DNA of 64,000 nt, taken from the NCBI GenBank assembly GCA_963727455.1, contig CAVSGG010000009.1, positions 32,001-96,000 of the forward strand. Reading direction: 5' to 3'. The DNA is from Candidatus Krumholzibacteriota bacterium. Its GTDB lineage: Bacteria; Krumholzibacteriota; Krumholzibacteriia; JAJRXK01. This document shows, piece by piece, positions 37,809 to 47,356 of this stretch. The first letter of the stretch is position 1, and every line of letters begins with the position of its first letter. The notes under the pieces were generated by a model. The model was not told where the DNA came from. It did no database searches and saw only the letters and a list, made by a program, of their open reading frames with translations. The position numbers and the translations under genes were made by a program.

Positions 37809-39182
37809 CACCGGCTGGAGAAGCTCCCGCTGCTTCGCATCGCTCAGCGCATGCAGGGCACGATGACACGCGGCACACAGGGTGATCAGATTTGCGAGCT
37901 CGTGCTTTCCCCCGTCTTTTCTGGCAACGATGTGATGGACTGCCAGGAACTGCCGGTGTCCGCATCCCGGCATCCGGCAGCGATGTCGGTCGCGTTCCAG
38001 CGCCTTCCTTCGCAGGCGCGGGGGGAGACTCGAACGCGTACGCTGACCGGAGCGCTTCAGCTTCGCGTCGCAGAGCGCAGCTTCCAGTGTTCCACGGTCG
38101 ATGGACTGATCACCTCGGCTGGTTGCGACCGTCGCTGACGCGCAGCGCGGGCAATGCTGGATGTGGACCTGATACGGCGACGCCGCCACGCGGCTCGTAG
38201 TCGTGGTCGCGATCGCATGGCGCCCTTGCGGCCGCCCACGCCGGTCGTTCGTCCTCTCCGCCGTCTCCGAATCCTCCAGCAGACACTCGAGAGCCGCGAG
38301 CAGCAATTCGCCTTTCGCCTCGCGGTGACCACGCCGGCGCAGCTGCGCCAACAGCGCCTCGTAGCGAGCAAGCTGCTCGGCCGTGAGAGTGATGCTGAGA
38401 CTGAGGGGAATCTCCGCGGAGCGCTCTCGCGCAGCCTGTACTTCCTGCGCTGACTGTTCCTCCTGCGCTGACTGTTCCTCCTGCGCGGAATTTCCCATCT
38501 GCTTGGACTTGCCCAGCTTGGCGGATTGTCCCTCTTGGCCCGGCCGCGTCTTCGAGGCTGCCTCGTCCTTGTCCTTGTCCTTGTCCTTCTCCTTGTCCTT
38601 GGCCTTCTCCACCAGACCGGCCGAAGACCCCAGGGCCAACTGACCAACCGGAATCGTGCGTGCGGCGCGAATCCGCCGCCTGGTGCGGTCGATCTCGCGT
38701 TCCAGCTCGCGCCGACTCGAAGTCTGCGCCCTCTGCAGCCACTCTTTCTGAGTCTTCGTGGTGGCGACGCTCGCCACCGCTCGCGCCTTGGTCCAACCCA
38801 AATCGCCTGAGGCCACTGCTTTGCGCACGGCCGGCAGATTCTTCAGGCGCTCTGCCAACTTCAGAAATTGATACGAGCGGGCCCGTGAAAATCCGAGCGC
38901 CTCTGACGCATACAGGTGAATGCTGCCGTAGCCGAGCTTGGCATAGAGTCGACGCCGGTGGAGTTCAGCAAACCAGAGCACCACGCAGCGTTCGGCGGAA
39001 CGCCAATTCTGCACTGCGCTCTTGAGTTCGCGATCGACCTGCGCCGCGCTGAGACCGGGACGGAAGGCGTGCGGATTGGAATCGGCACCCTCGCCCCGGA
39101 CAGTCCCACAGGACCGCCTCGCCCTGGAAGCCTCCCCGCGGGCGCGCGGGCTGGCGCTGGATCGGGACAAATTGGCTGACAT
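37791..39182 (-). CDS. HNH endonuclease with DUF222-like helical N-terminus (putative selfish/mobile element)
   Basis: RRLYAKLGYGSIHLYASEALG...LP.V..AVASGDLGWTKA N-terminus, CPRC, then ALERDRHRCRMPGC...AVHHIV..DGG...ANLITLCAACHRALH. Confidence 0.85.
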   Translation of the reverse strand: MSANLSRSSASPRARGEASRARRSCGTVRGEGADSNPHAFRPGLSAAQVDRELKSAVQNWRSAERCVVLWFAELHRRRLYAKLGYGSIHLYASEALGFSRARSYQFLKLAERLKNLPAVRKAVASGDLGWTKARAVASVATTKTQKEWLQRAQTSSRRELEREIDRTRRRIRAARTIPVGQLALGSSAGLVEKAKDKEKDKDKDKDEAASKTRPGQEGQSAKLGKSKQMGNSAQEEQSAQEEQSAQEVQAARERSAEIPLSLSITLTAEQLARYEALLAQLRRRGHREAKGELLLAALECLLEDSETAERTNDRRGRPQGRHAIATTTTSRVAASPYQVHIQHCPRCASATVATSRGDQSIDRGTLEAALCDAKLKRSGQRTRSSLPPRLRRKALERDRHRCRMPGCGHRQFLAVHHIVARKDGGKHELANLITLCAACHRALHALSDAKQRELLQPVTRKGR

Positions 39183-39401
39183 GATGACCTCCTCCTACCG
39201 CGCGATTGGCGGTGGGACCGGGACCTGATCAATGGGAGGCTAATACAAACATAGTAGTGGTCTTATTGGGGGCACGCAAGAGGGTCATTCCATATTTATG
39301 AGCTGTTTTGCCGGATTACTGTGCTTTTGCACCAATTCGGTAAAATTCGTATGCGCTTAATTTTCGTATCTCTTGTGCGGACCATCGCCACGCGCTGAGA
39401 G

Positions 39402-39540
39402 TCTACCCGGGTACACGGCGGCGAGCCCCACAAGGCCGCGCGTGGCCAGAAAATTCTCCCCGGGTACAACTGTTGAATGCCGTCCCGCGGCCAGCGCCGG
39501 CCAGCGCAGCGTGCCGCGGGAAAAGTCTACCCGGGTACAC
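39402..39540. repeat. Three copies of the TCTACCCGGGTACAC palindrome upstream of the HNH gene
   Basis: 39402-39416 exact, 39455-39469 TCTCCCCGGGTACAA, 39526-39540 exact; all in the same orientation as the copy at 37686. Confidence 0.8.
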
Positions 39541-39834
39541 AACACGCGCCGCCGCAGAGCGCGGCCGCGGACCGAAACCACGGCCGCCCGCGAAGCGAAG
39601 CTACAAGCAGGAGCGAAGCCACGAGCGGGCGCGGAGCCAAGAGGCAGCGGTTCCAGATCATAGCCGTGGCAGAGACTGTCCGAAACGAACCAGCCTTCAG
39701 GCTCAAGCTCGCAGCTGCGAAGTGGAGCTGGCCGGCGAATCGGGACTCGTGCATTATCCGAATGGGAACGTCGCTCCGCAGGCGCGAGCAAAGCGGCCCT
39801 GGCGGTTCCATAACGCTGTACGAGAGGACTTGGC

Positions 39835-41147
39835 ATGAGCAAATCCGAGAGCGGCGGTCTCGGCTTTTTTGAACTCGCCTCGATTGGCGTGGGCGGCATG
39901 GTTGGCGGCGGGATCTTTGCCGTCCTCGGTCTGTCCGTCAAGTTGACCGGAGGCGGAGCGCCCCTGGCCTTTGCCATCGCGGGAATCGTGGCGCTTCTCA
40001 CTTCCTACTCCTACGCGCGACTTTCCGTCCACCTTCCCAGTCAGGGTGGAACGGTGACCTTCTTGGATCACGCCTTCGGTTCGGGGCTTTTGACCGGCGG
40101 CGCCAACATCCTGCTCTGGATGAGCTACATCGTCATGCTCTCCCTGTACGCCTACGCCTTCGGCAGCTATGGAGCATCTTTTTTCCGGAAGCGACGCGCG
40201 CTCTCTGGAAGCACGTCCTGATCACCTCCAGCGTGCTCGGGATCACCGGACTGAATCTCCTGAAGGCCAAACTGATCGGCGAGGCCGAAGACTGGATCGT
40301 CCTGTTCAAACTCCTGATCCTCGCCCTCTTCATCGCAGTAGGGATTTGGGGTGTCGATGGCGCGCGACTGGCACCCTCCGCGTGGGCCTCCCCCATGAGC
40401 CTCGTGGCGGGTGGAATGATCATCTTCCTCGCCTACGAGGGCTTCGAACTGATCGCCAACGCTGCTGAAGATGTGCGGGATGCGCGCAAGACCCTACCGC
40501 GCGCGTTCTACGCCAGCGTCGGCTTCGTGATCGTGCTCTACGTGCTCGTGGCCATCGTCACGGTCGGCTCGCTCCCGGTGGCCAAGATCGTGGGCGCCGA
40601 GGATTACGCTCTCGCCGAGGCGGCGCGACCCTCTCTGGGGCAGGCCGGGTTCCTCCTGATCGCCATCGCCGCCATGCTCTCCACTGCCTCGGCCATCAAT
40701 GCCACGGTCTACGGGGCCGCCCGGCTGAGCTACGTCATCGCGAAGGACGGCGAACTACCGAAGGCTCTGGAGAAGAAGGCGTGGGGCAGGCCGCTCGAGG
40801 GCCTCCTCATCACCTCCGGCCTCACGGTTTTGGTCGCCAACCTGGCGGACCTGTCGAGCATGTCGACCATCGGCAGCGCCGGCTTCCTCCTGATCTTCGC
40901 GGCGGTCAATCTGGCGAACGTGAAATTGGCCTCCACGACCCAGAGTCGCCGGGCAATTTCTCTGACGGGGGCCGTATTCTGTTTGGCCGCGCTGGGCTGT
41001 TTGATCTGGCACACCGCGAGCAGCGCTCCCCAGGAGCTATGGTTTCTGGTGCTGATGGTCAGCGTGGCGTTCTTCGTCGAGGTCGCCTTCCGCGTCGTTT
41101 CCGGGCGCAGAATGCATCTGCGCAAGAAGAAGCACGACGCGGCTTGA
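39835..41147 (+). CDS. APC-family amino acid permease (frameshift at ~40184)
   Basis: IGVGGMVGGGIFAVLG, SYARLS...QGG, FLAYEGFELIANAAE, STASAINA; the join occurs at a TTTTTTCC run. Confidence 0.87.
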
Positions 41148-41161
41148 GCTTTTCCTTGCGG

Positions 41162-41243
41162 CTCTACCTTGCTCGGCTCGAGGCTCCCTTCGCGCCTCTA
41201 CCTTGCTCGGCTCAAGGCTCCCTTCGCGCCTCTCGCTTGCTCG
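41162..41243. repeat. 34-bp tandem repeat (2 copies plus a partial) just after the permease stop
   Basis: CTCTACCTTGCTCGGCTC(G/A)AGGCTCCCTTCGCGC at 41162 and 41196. Confidence 0.85.
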
Positions 41244-41282
41244 AATTTCGATCCGATCCGTATTCTGCATTGGGAGTCGCTC

Positions 41283-41624
41283 GTGGCATTCATCCAGATC
41301 AGACGGAACTTGCTCGCACTGTCCCTCGTCTTGGCCGCCTGCGCCAGCCAACAGCAAAGCTTCAGCTTGCAACAACTCGAGGGTAGCTGGTGGTCGGACC
41401 CGGATTCTCCCACCGCCGCCTTCGCCATCCACGACGGACAAATTTGGCTCGATTCGAACAGTCAGTTCCACGCACTGAAGCTCGAGCGAGGCTCCGTGCT
41501 CGTGTATGACCCCGGGTTCGGGGAAATCCGACGCACCATCGTCGAGTGCTCGCGCCGGCGGCTCGTACTCGAAGACGAGCGAGGCGCCAAGACTACTTAC
41601 ATTCGGCGCGCGTCGATACCCTAG
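41283..41624 (+). CDS. Hypothetical lipoprotein
   Basis: GTG start after GGGAG, lipobox LAA-C, LEGSWW lipocalin-like strand. Confidence 0.55.
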   Translation: MAFIQIRRNLLALSLVLAACASQQQSFSLQQLEGSWWSDPDSPTAAFAIHDGQIWLDSNSQFHALKLERGSVLVYDPGFGEIRRTIVECSRRRLVLEDERGAKTTYIRRASIP

Positions 41625-41787
41625 CCCAATGCGAGCCGGAGGCCATGGCACAGCGGAGCTCGGGGCTCTGAGAGGCTGCAAGCCGCCTCGGGGCCCTGGC
41701 GCGCGCGAGCCCCTTCGACTCGCCCCATTCCCCTCACGGCGCTATTCTCTCTGAGTCGTCTCGCCGAATCGATTCATGGAGGGAAGC

Positions 41788-42042
41788 ATGATTGCCACCG
41801 ACGCACTCCAGACCATTCCGAGCGTGGGACCCAGTATCGCGGCCGAGCTGCGTTCTCTCGGCTATGAGCAGGTGGAAGACCTGCGCGATGAGAGCCCCGA
41901 GGAGATGTTCGCCACGCTCTGCGAGCTGCGCGGGGAGAAGATCGATCGCTGCGTGCTCTACACCTTTCGCTGCGCGGTCTACTTCGCGAGCAACAGCCGA
42001 CACGAACCGCAATTACTCAAATGGTGGAACTGGAAGGACTGA
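41788..42042 (+). CDS. Helix-hairpin-helix protein, Cdd1/'pathogenicity locus' family
   Basis: LQTIPSVGPSIA..L..LG....DL...PEEMF..LC.....DRCVLYTFRCAVYFA...LLKWWNWKD. Confidence 0.85.
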   Translation: MIATDALQTIPSVGPSIAAELRSLGYEQVEDLRDESPEEMFATLCELRGEKIDRCVLYTFRCAVYFASNSRHEPQLLKWWNWKD

Positions 42043-42120
42043 GCTCGTGGCTCGCGAGAGCACTCAGCCGTCAGGAACTCGATGAGCTCAAGCCCACCGC
42101 AATCTGCAGAAAGGAAGGCC

Positions 42121-42840
42121 ATGCAGCGGATGAGCCTCGCCGTCCTACTCCTCATCAGCATGATGCTCGGCGCGCAAGCGACGATTTACGCGGCCGAGCC
42201 CAGCTCAGCGCAAAGCTCCCCGACAAACGGGAACTGGCAGAGTGAGTTTCAGCTCGACCAGCGCGCCTTCGTCACCCGGGGCGCCAACCGCTACTTCGCC
42301 CTGATCCCCCATTTCTGCCTCGTGCTCGAAGCTCCCGGCGCCAAACTGACGATCACGGTGCTCGACGATACGCTCTCGATCGACGGCGTGATGACCCGGG
42401 TTGTCGAAGAACGCGAATGGGAAGAGGGCGAGCTCAGCGAGGTGTCGCGAAACTACTATGCGATGGACCGCGCGACCCGAGACATCTTCTACTTCGGCGA
42501 GGACGTGATCATTTATGAGGACGGCAAGCCACAGCCGGGCAAGGATTCCTGGCACGCCGGTGAGAAGGATGCGCGCGCGGGCCTCATGATGCCTGGAACT
42601 CCGAAGCTGGGCTTGAAGTACTATCAGGAACTCGCCCCAAGAGTCGCGCTCGATCGCGCGGAGGTCACTTCACTCGACGACACCCTGAAAACCCCGGCCG
42701 GAAGCTACCAGAACTGTCTACGCATCCGTGAGGGCTCAGGCCTGAACCCCGAGGAACACGAATTCAAGACCTACGCTCCGGATATTGGACTGGTGCAGGA
42801 CGAGAACCTGCTCCTCACCCGCTACGGATTCAGTAAATGA
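42121..42840 (+). CDS. Conserved hypothetical secreted protein
   Basis: Signal peptide; GVMTRVVEERE..EGEL.EVSRNYYA.D..G..YFGE..SW.AG...A.AGLMMP..YYQE.AP..YAP.IGLV pattern; AAGGAAGG RBS. Confidence 0.75.
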   Translation: MQRMSLAVLLLISMMLGAQATIYAAEPSSAQSSPTNGNWQSEFQLDQRAFVTRGANRYFALIPHFCLVLEAPGAKLTITVLDDTLSIDGVMTRVVEEREWEEGELSEVSRNYYAMDRATRDIFYFGEDVIIYEDGKPQPGKDSWHAGEKDARAGLMMPGTPKLGLKYYQELAPRVALDRAEVTSLDDTLKTPAGSYQNCLRIREGSGLNPEEHEFKTYAPDIGLVQDENLLLTRYGFSK

Positions 42841-42859
42841 TGAAGAAACGGTGATACCG

Positions 42860-43576
42860 ATGAAGAGGCAGCACAAGCTTTCCCGGAAGATCCAGGCGAG
42901 AAACTGTGCCATTTGTGGCAACTCCTTCCCTCCGCACATGCTCGTCCCGGGAGAATTGATCCGACCGGAGATCGCGCAGGAAATTCAAAAGATCAACCCC
43001 GAGTGGTCCAACGAAAGCTCCATCTGCCGCGAGGACCTGAGCAAAGTTCGCGGGAACTATGTTCATTCCCTGCTGGAATCGGAGAAAGGGGAACTCTCCG
43101 GCCTGGAACACGAAGTGTTGCGAAGCCTAAGGGAGCATGAGCTCTTGTCTTCGAACGTCGATGCGGAATTCGAGCAAGAGTGGTCCTACGGTGAACGACT
43201 CGCCGACAAGATCGCGAGCTTTGGCGGGAGTTGGGCGTTCTTGATCTGTTTCGGCGTCTTCCTTGTGCTTTGGATCGGCATGAATTCCCTGGTCTTGCTT
43301 TGGCGTCCGCCCGACCCCTATCCCTACATATTTTTGAACCTCGTACTTTCCTGCCTCGCCGCGGTACAGGCTCCGATCATCATGATGAGCCAGAATCGCC
43401 AAGAAGCTAAGGACCGGGTGCGGTCGCAACATGACTATCAGGTGAATCTGAAAGCCGAACTCGAGATTCGGCATCTCCATGAAAAAGTCGATCACCTCAT
43501 CTCCCATCAGTGGCAACGACTGGTGGAGATCCAAGAACTCCAACTCGAGCTTCTCACGGATCTCGAGAACAAGTGA
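42860..43576 (+). CDS. DUF1003 membrane protein
   Basis: GERLADKIASFGGSWAF, DPYPYIFLNLVLSCLAAVQAPIIMMSQNRQ, NLKAELEIRHLHEKVD. Confidence 0.92.
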   Translation: MKRQHKLSRKIQARNCAICGNSFPPHMLVPGELIRPEIAQEIQKINPEWSNESSICREDLSKVRGNYVHSLLESEKGELSGLEHEVLRSLREHELLSSNVDAEFEQEWSYGERLADKIASFGGSWAFLICFGVFLVLWIGMNSLVLLWRPPDPYPYIFLNLVLSCLAAVQAPIIMMSQNRQEAKDRVRSQHDYQVNLKAELEIRHLHEKVDHLISHQWQRLVEIQELQLELLTDLENK

Positions 43577-43646
43577 TTCCCCAGGATGTGCCTCGGCTTC
43601 CCGATCCCCCGCCTGGGACCGCGGCAAACTCATGAAAGGATGAGCC

Positions 43647-43952
43647 ATGCGCATGCTTCTCCATGTCCGCATTCCCAACGAGTCTTTCAACGATGCGGTC
43701 AGAGATGGTACTGTCGGTCAAAAGATCCAGAAAGTTCTCGAAGAGATCAAACCGGAGGCCGTGTACTTCACGGAGTACGAGGGCTATCGGGGTGCACTGC
43801 TGATCATCGATGTGAGTGACCCGGCCCAGGTCCCTCACTACGCGGAACCGTTCTACCTTTTGTTCGACGCCGAATGCGAATTCAGAGTGGTGATGACGCC
43901 AGAGGACCTCGGCCGCGCCGGTCTGGAGTCGATGGGAGAAAAGTGGCGCTAG
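43647..43952 (+). CDS. Small conserved hypothetical protein (dimeric alpha/beta barrel-like)
   Basis: IKPEAVYFTE..G.RG....D....VP..AEPF...F.A.CEF..VMTPEDL pattern; AAAGGA RBS. Confidence 0.75.
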   Translation: MRMLLHVRIPNESFNDAVRDGTVGQKIQKVLEEIKPEAVYFTEYEGYRGALLIIDVSDPAQVPHYAEPFYLLFDAECEFRVVMTPEDLGRAGLESMGEKWR

Positions 43953-43974
43953 GCACAAGCCACGGCGAAGGACG

Positions 43975-44844
43975 ATGACTTCAGATTTGACACTCGCAAC
44001 TGCCTACTGGGATGACCCAGCATCTCGCGCGGCCTTCAAGCGTTTCATGCTCGAGATCTTCGGTTTGGATTTCTCCGAGTGGGAGTCCGCTGGCTACTGG
44101 GACGCGAGCTACCGGCCCTTCTCCTACTTTCGCAAGGGTGAGGTCGTGGCCAACGTCTGCGTGTACCTCCTCGATGCGATCATCGACGGCAGGGAAACGC
44201 GTCTCGCCCAGATCTCAGCGGTCGGCACCCTCCCCCACTGGCGCGCCCAGGGATTGAACCGCCGTCTGCTGGAGGCAGGACTGGAGTGGGCGCGCGGCAA
44301 ACACGAGGGAGTCTTCCTCTTCGGCACCGAGGGGGCCATTCCTTTCTACGAGCGCTGCGGATTCAGGGCCCATCCGGAGTTCATCGAGCAGATGCCTTCC
44401 CCGGGGACCGCGCGTCGCCCCGGATTGCGCAAACTCGACTGCACGCGCTTGGAGGATCGCGAGACGATCTACGAGTGTGCCCGGCGGCGCGCGCCGATCT
44501 CGCGCCGCTTCGCCGTTCTGAATGCGAAGCTGCTCATGTTCCATGCCCTGCACGCTCTGCGAGATCACGTCTACGAAATTCCCGAGCTGGAGTGCGTCGT
44601 GTTCTACAAGCGGGAGAAGAGGTGTCTCCAAGTTCTGGACCTCGTGGCAGCGCGAGTTTTGACCCTGGACCAGCTCTACCCCTACCTCGCTGCGGAAGAC
44701 GACCAGCTGGTCGAATTCCACTTCAGCAGCGACAGGATGGGAGTGGAAGGAACGCGCCTGGTGCCATGGCCTCAGGACAACTGCTTCGTCAAGGGGAGCT
44801 TCCCTTTGGAGAGGCCCGTCTTTCCCTTTACCGCCAAGGCCTGA
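43975..44844 (+). CDS. GNAT-family acetyltransferase
   Basis: QISAVGTLPHWRAQGLNRRLL, FLFG..A.PFYERCGF, VFPFTAKA. Confidence 0.88.
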   Translation: MTSDLTLATAYWDDPASRAAFKRFMLEIFGLDFSEWESAGYWDASYRPFSYFRKGEVVANVCVYLLDAIIDGRETRLAQISAVGTLPHWRAQGLNRRLLEAGLEWARGKHEGVFLFGTEGAIPFYERCGFRAHPEFIEQMPSPGTARRPGLRKLDCTRLEDRETIYECARRRAPISRRFAVLNAKLLMFHALHALRDHVYEIPELECVVFYKREKRCLQVLDLVAARVLTLDQLYPYLAAEDDQLVEFHFSSDRMGVEGTRLVPWPQDNCFVKGSFPLERPVFPFTAKA

Positions 44845-44910
44845 ACGAACCGCCTTTCCCTTTACCGCCAAGGCCTGAACGAACCGCCTTTTCCCTCGCT
44901 GCCAAAGCCC
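44820..44910. repeat. 34-bp tandem duplication spanning the GNAT stop codon, plus a degenerate third copy
   Basis: CTTTCCCTTTACCGCCAAGGCCTGAACGAACCGC at 44820 and 44854. Confidence 0.9.
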
Positions 44911-44997
44911 GCGAAACCGAAATGCGGTGAAAACTGTTCCCATCGCGGCGCGATGGTGTAGCTTCGATCTCACCGAACCCAAGCCAGGAGGCGCAGG

Positions 44998-45459
44998 ATG
45001 GACATGCCGCAGCTCAGCCCCGGTCACAAACGCTTTCAAGAACTCGCCGGAAAGTGGGAAGGGAAGGAAACGATGTACCCTTCGCACTGGGATCCCAACG
45101 GCGGCACGTGCAAGGGCCGCAACATGAACACGGTGGCGTTAGGCGGTTTCGCGCTGGTCAGTGACTACGAGCAGCAGCGTGACGGCGTCGTCACCTTTCG
45201 CGGCCATGGTGTCTACACCTACGACCCGCAGACGGGGCTCTACTCGCTCTACTGGGTCGACTCCATCGGCTCTCACCCCGAACTGTTCACCGGAAACTTC
45301 GAGGGGAAGGTGCTGACCCTCGGGCACGATCGTCAGCCCATGCAGGTTCGACTCGTCTACGATCTCTCCAAGCCCAATCTCATGGCCTCGAGCATGGAGA
45401 TGTCTCAGGACGGCGAGAAGTGGCAGAAGCTCTTCGACGCGGAGTACGCGAAGGCCTGA
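44998..45459 (+). CDS. DUF1579-family beta-barrel protein
   Basis: H..F..LAGKWEG.E, LGGF, F.GHG.YTYD....Y...WVDS.G; AGGAGG RBS. Confidence 0.8.
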   Translation: MDMPQLSPGHKRFQELAGKWEGKETMYPSHWDPNGGTCKGRNMNTVALGGFALVSDYEQQRDGVVTFRGHGVYTYDPQTGLYSLYWVDSIGSHPELFTGNFEGKVLTLGHDRQPMQVRLVYDLSKPNLMASSMEMSQDGEKWQKLFDAEYAKA

Positions 45460-45477
45460 GTGCGCGGCCGATCGCTC

Positions 45478-46782
45478 CTAGCGCCAGTTCAGGAGCAGCG
45501 TCTTCTGGATCTGGTCGCGCCAGTCGGGATCGACACCGGCCTCATCCGCGTAGTTGCGCCAGCGCGAGAAAACCGCCACGACCTCGTCCAGAATCGTCTC
45601 GGCGCGCCCGCGTTTCATGGAGGCGGTCCTGGCGCATTCCTTGAAATCCTCGCGGCTGAATTCCTCGCGCTTACCGTTCAGGCTCATCTGGTGGCGGGCG
45701 GTCCAGCGGCCCGAGGGATTGAAGCTGTAGGTCATGTCGAAGGCCGGAGAGAGCGACCACTGCCCGGAGCGATCCATGAGGAATGCGATGTTCTTGACGT
45801 GGTCGTCCTGATTGCGTCCCACGATGTTGAAGGCCATGCGGCGGAACTGCTCTTCGATGCTGCTCATGGATAGCTCGAGCTGCCGCATCACCATCAGAGC
45901 TTGTTCGTAGGAATACGCTCCCGCCAGGTGGTAGTCGAAGTGCGCCATGGCCCCGAGGGATTGCATGTGCAGCTTCTCCCCTCCCCGCAGGCGATCGAAA
46001 CGCCGCATCATGAAGTGCCGCCGGCCGTTTTCCTCGAAAAGCCGGCAGTCGTTGATGGCGATGCCGCAGTCACGGGCCATCTGTGAATAGGCATATTCGA
46101 TCGCGCCGTATCCTTGTGGATCCTCCAGCTCCCGGTCCTTGTTTCCCTTCACTCCATCGAATTTCAGTATCCAGTATTCGAACTCGTCCTCGGCCGGTAC
46201 CTGCCCCGAGCGAACCTCGTTGGTACGGGGATTCCACGCGATCACTGCCTTGGCGCGCGCCCCCCCGGCGGAGGTGCCCACCCTCAAGATGTCCCCCAAC
46301 GCCCGTCCCTTGCTCTCTTCGGCGAAGGAAACGCTGAGTTCGCTGCGGTGGCTCAGGATCTCCGATGCCAACTCGACCAACTTGTCGATCTCGATCTGCT
46401 TGGCGCTCTTGGCCCGAGGTCCCAGAGATGGATGGAATTCCAGCGCTCCCATGCCGCGGCTTCCCGTGTAGCAGAGGCGCTCGATGGCATTGAAGGAGTC
46501 GGGGGTGCGTCCCTGACTGGCCAACCAGGCGTCGATGAGTGCATTCCCGAATCGGTCGGGAAGCGAGTCGGCCAAGAGTCCCGGCAGCCCGTGGAAGGAG
46601 ACCCGCGACAACTCCGGGAAGGAGTACACGCGTCGGGAGAGGGGCATGGTCAGCGGAGCGACTTCGATCCCGCTCTGCGCGAAACGCGGTTCGTATTCGA
46701 AACTCGCAACCTCGCTGTCTTCGCTCAAGGAGACGGCGCCGATGGTGGAGCCCCAGAGTTTGACCTCGGCCACGCGATTCAT
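45478..46782 (-). CDS. hipA: HipA-family toxin kinase (type II TA)
   Basis: HipA N-domain (GLPGLLADSLPDRFGN), GTSAGGARAK, WILKFD, RNQDDHVKNIAF, SPAFDM. Confidence 0.93.
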   Translation of the reverse strand: MNRVAEVKLWGSTIGAVSLSEDSEVASFEYEPRFAQSGIEVAPLTMPLSRRVYSFPELSRVSFHGLPGLLADSLPDRFGNALIDAWLASQGRTPDSFNAIERLCYTGSRGMGALEFHPSLGPRAKSAKQIEIDKLVELASEILSHRSELSVSFAEESKGRALGDILRVGTSAGGARAKAVIAWNPRTNEVRSGQVPAEDEFEYWILKFDGVKGNKDRELEDPQGYGAIEYAYSQMARDCGIAINDCRLFEENGRRHFMMRRFDRLRGGEKLHMQSLGAMAHFDYHLAGAYSYEQALMVMRQLELSMSSIEEQFRRMAFNIVGRNQDDHVKNIAFLMDRSGQWSLSPAFDMTYSFNPSGRWTARHQMSLNGKREEFSREDFKECARTASMKRGRAETILDEVVAVFSRWRNYADEAGVDPDWRDQIQKTLLLNWR

Positions 46783-47153
46783 TGCTCGTCCTCCCAGGTC
46801 CAGCTGGAGGACTTTTTCTTGGATTTCTTGGGAGAGTCTTTGCTGGATTTCTCGCGACTGGACGCGCGCTGCCGCCGTTTCCCCTGTCGCCGCAGAAGCT
46901 CCATCGGACGCGGAACGAGTTCGGGCAGAACCAGATCGAGGCGGGGAAGCAACTCGAGTACGCGCAGCATCCGCACCAGGCTGGAAAGCTGGCCCGACTC
47001 TCCGTTCTCGATGCGCTCCACCGTTCTCTTGCCCAGACCGGCCCGCTCGGCGAGTGCCGCTTGGGTCAGCCCCAAGTCGATTCTGCGCCGCGCGAGCCGC
47101 TGTCCCAGCTCTTCCAGAATGGCTGCGTCCGGTGCTTCATCGTAAAAACTCAT
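46779..47153 (-). CDS. hipB: Xre/HipB-like HTH antitoxin
   Basis: RRIDLGLTQAALAERAGLGKRTVERIENG, C-terminal WTWED; ATGA overlap with hipA. Confidence 0.85.
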   Translation of the reverse strand: MSFYDEAPDAAILEELGQRLARRRIDLGLTQAALAERAGLGKRTVERIENGESGQLSSLVRMLRVLELLPRLDLVLPELVPRPMELLRRQGKRRQRASSREKSSKDSPKKSKKKSSSWTWEDEQ

Positions 47154-47154
47154 A

Positions 47155-47258
47155 GTCGTTACCTTTGACGACTTATTATATAAAATACGTTCTACTCGTC
47201 AAGTTTTACGAATTCAAGCTATGGAGAATTGCCTCATTAAGTCGTCATTTCCGACGAT
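47155..47258 (-). promoter_or_regulatory. hipBA promoter with three TCGT-N8-ACGA operators
   Basis: Minus strand TTGACG(47202-47197)-16 bp-TATAAT(47180-47175); palindromes at 47155-47172, 47195-47212 and 47241-47258. Confidence 0.78.
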
Positions 47259-47356
47259 TTACATGGAAAAGTATGGGATCCGGCCACAGCTTCCTCCCGC
47301 CGAGCTCCCCCGAGCTTGCGCAGGCAGGCCCGAACGGTCCCTTTCTCCACACCTCG

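Noticed and set aside
39402-39540. Possible CRISPR array from the TCTACCCGGGTACAC repeats
   Set aside because: The repeat is only 15-16 bp, spacing is irregular (53 and 71 bp), there are three copies and no cas genes
41148-45477. Integron cassette array
   Set aside because: No integrase, and no convincing RYYYAAC...GTTRRRY attC pairs seen by eye in the intergenic gaps
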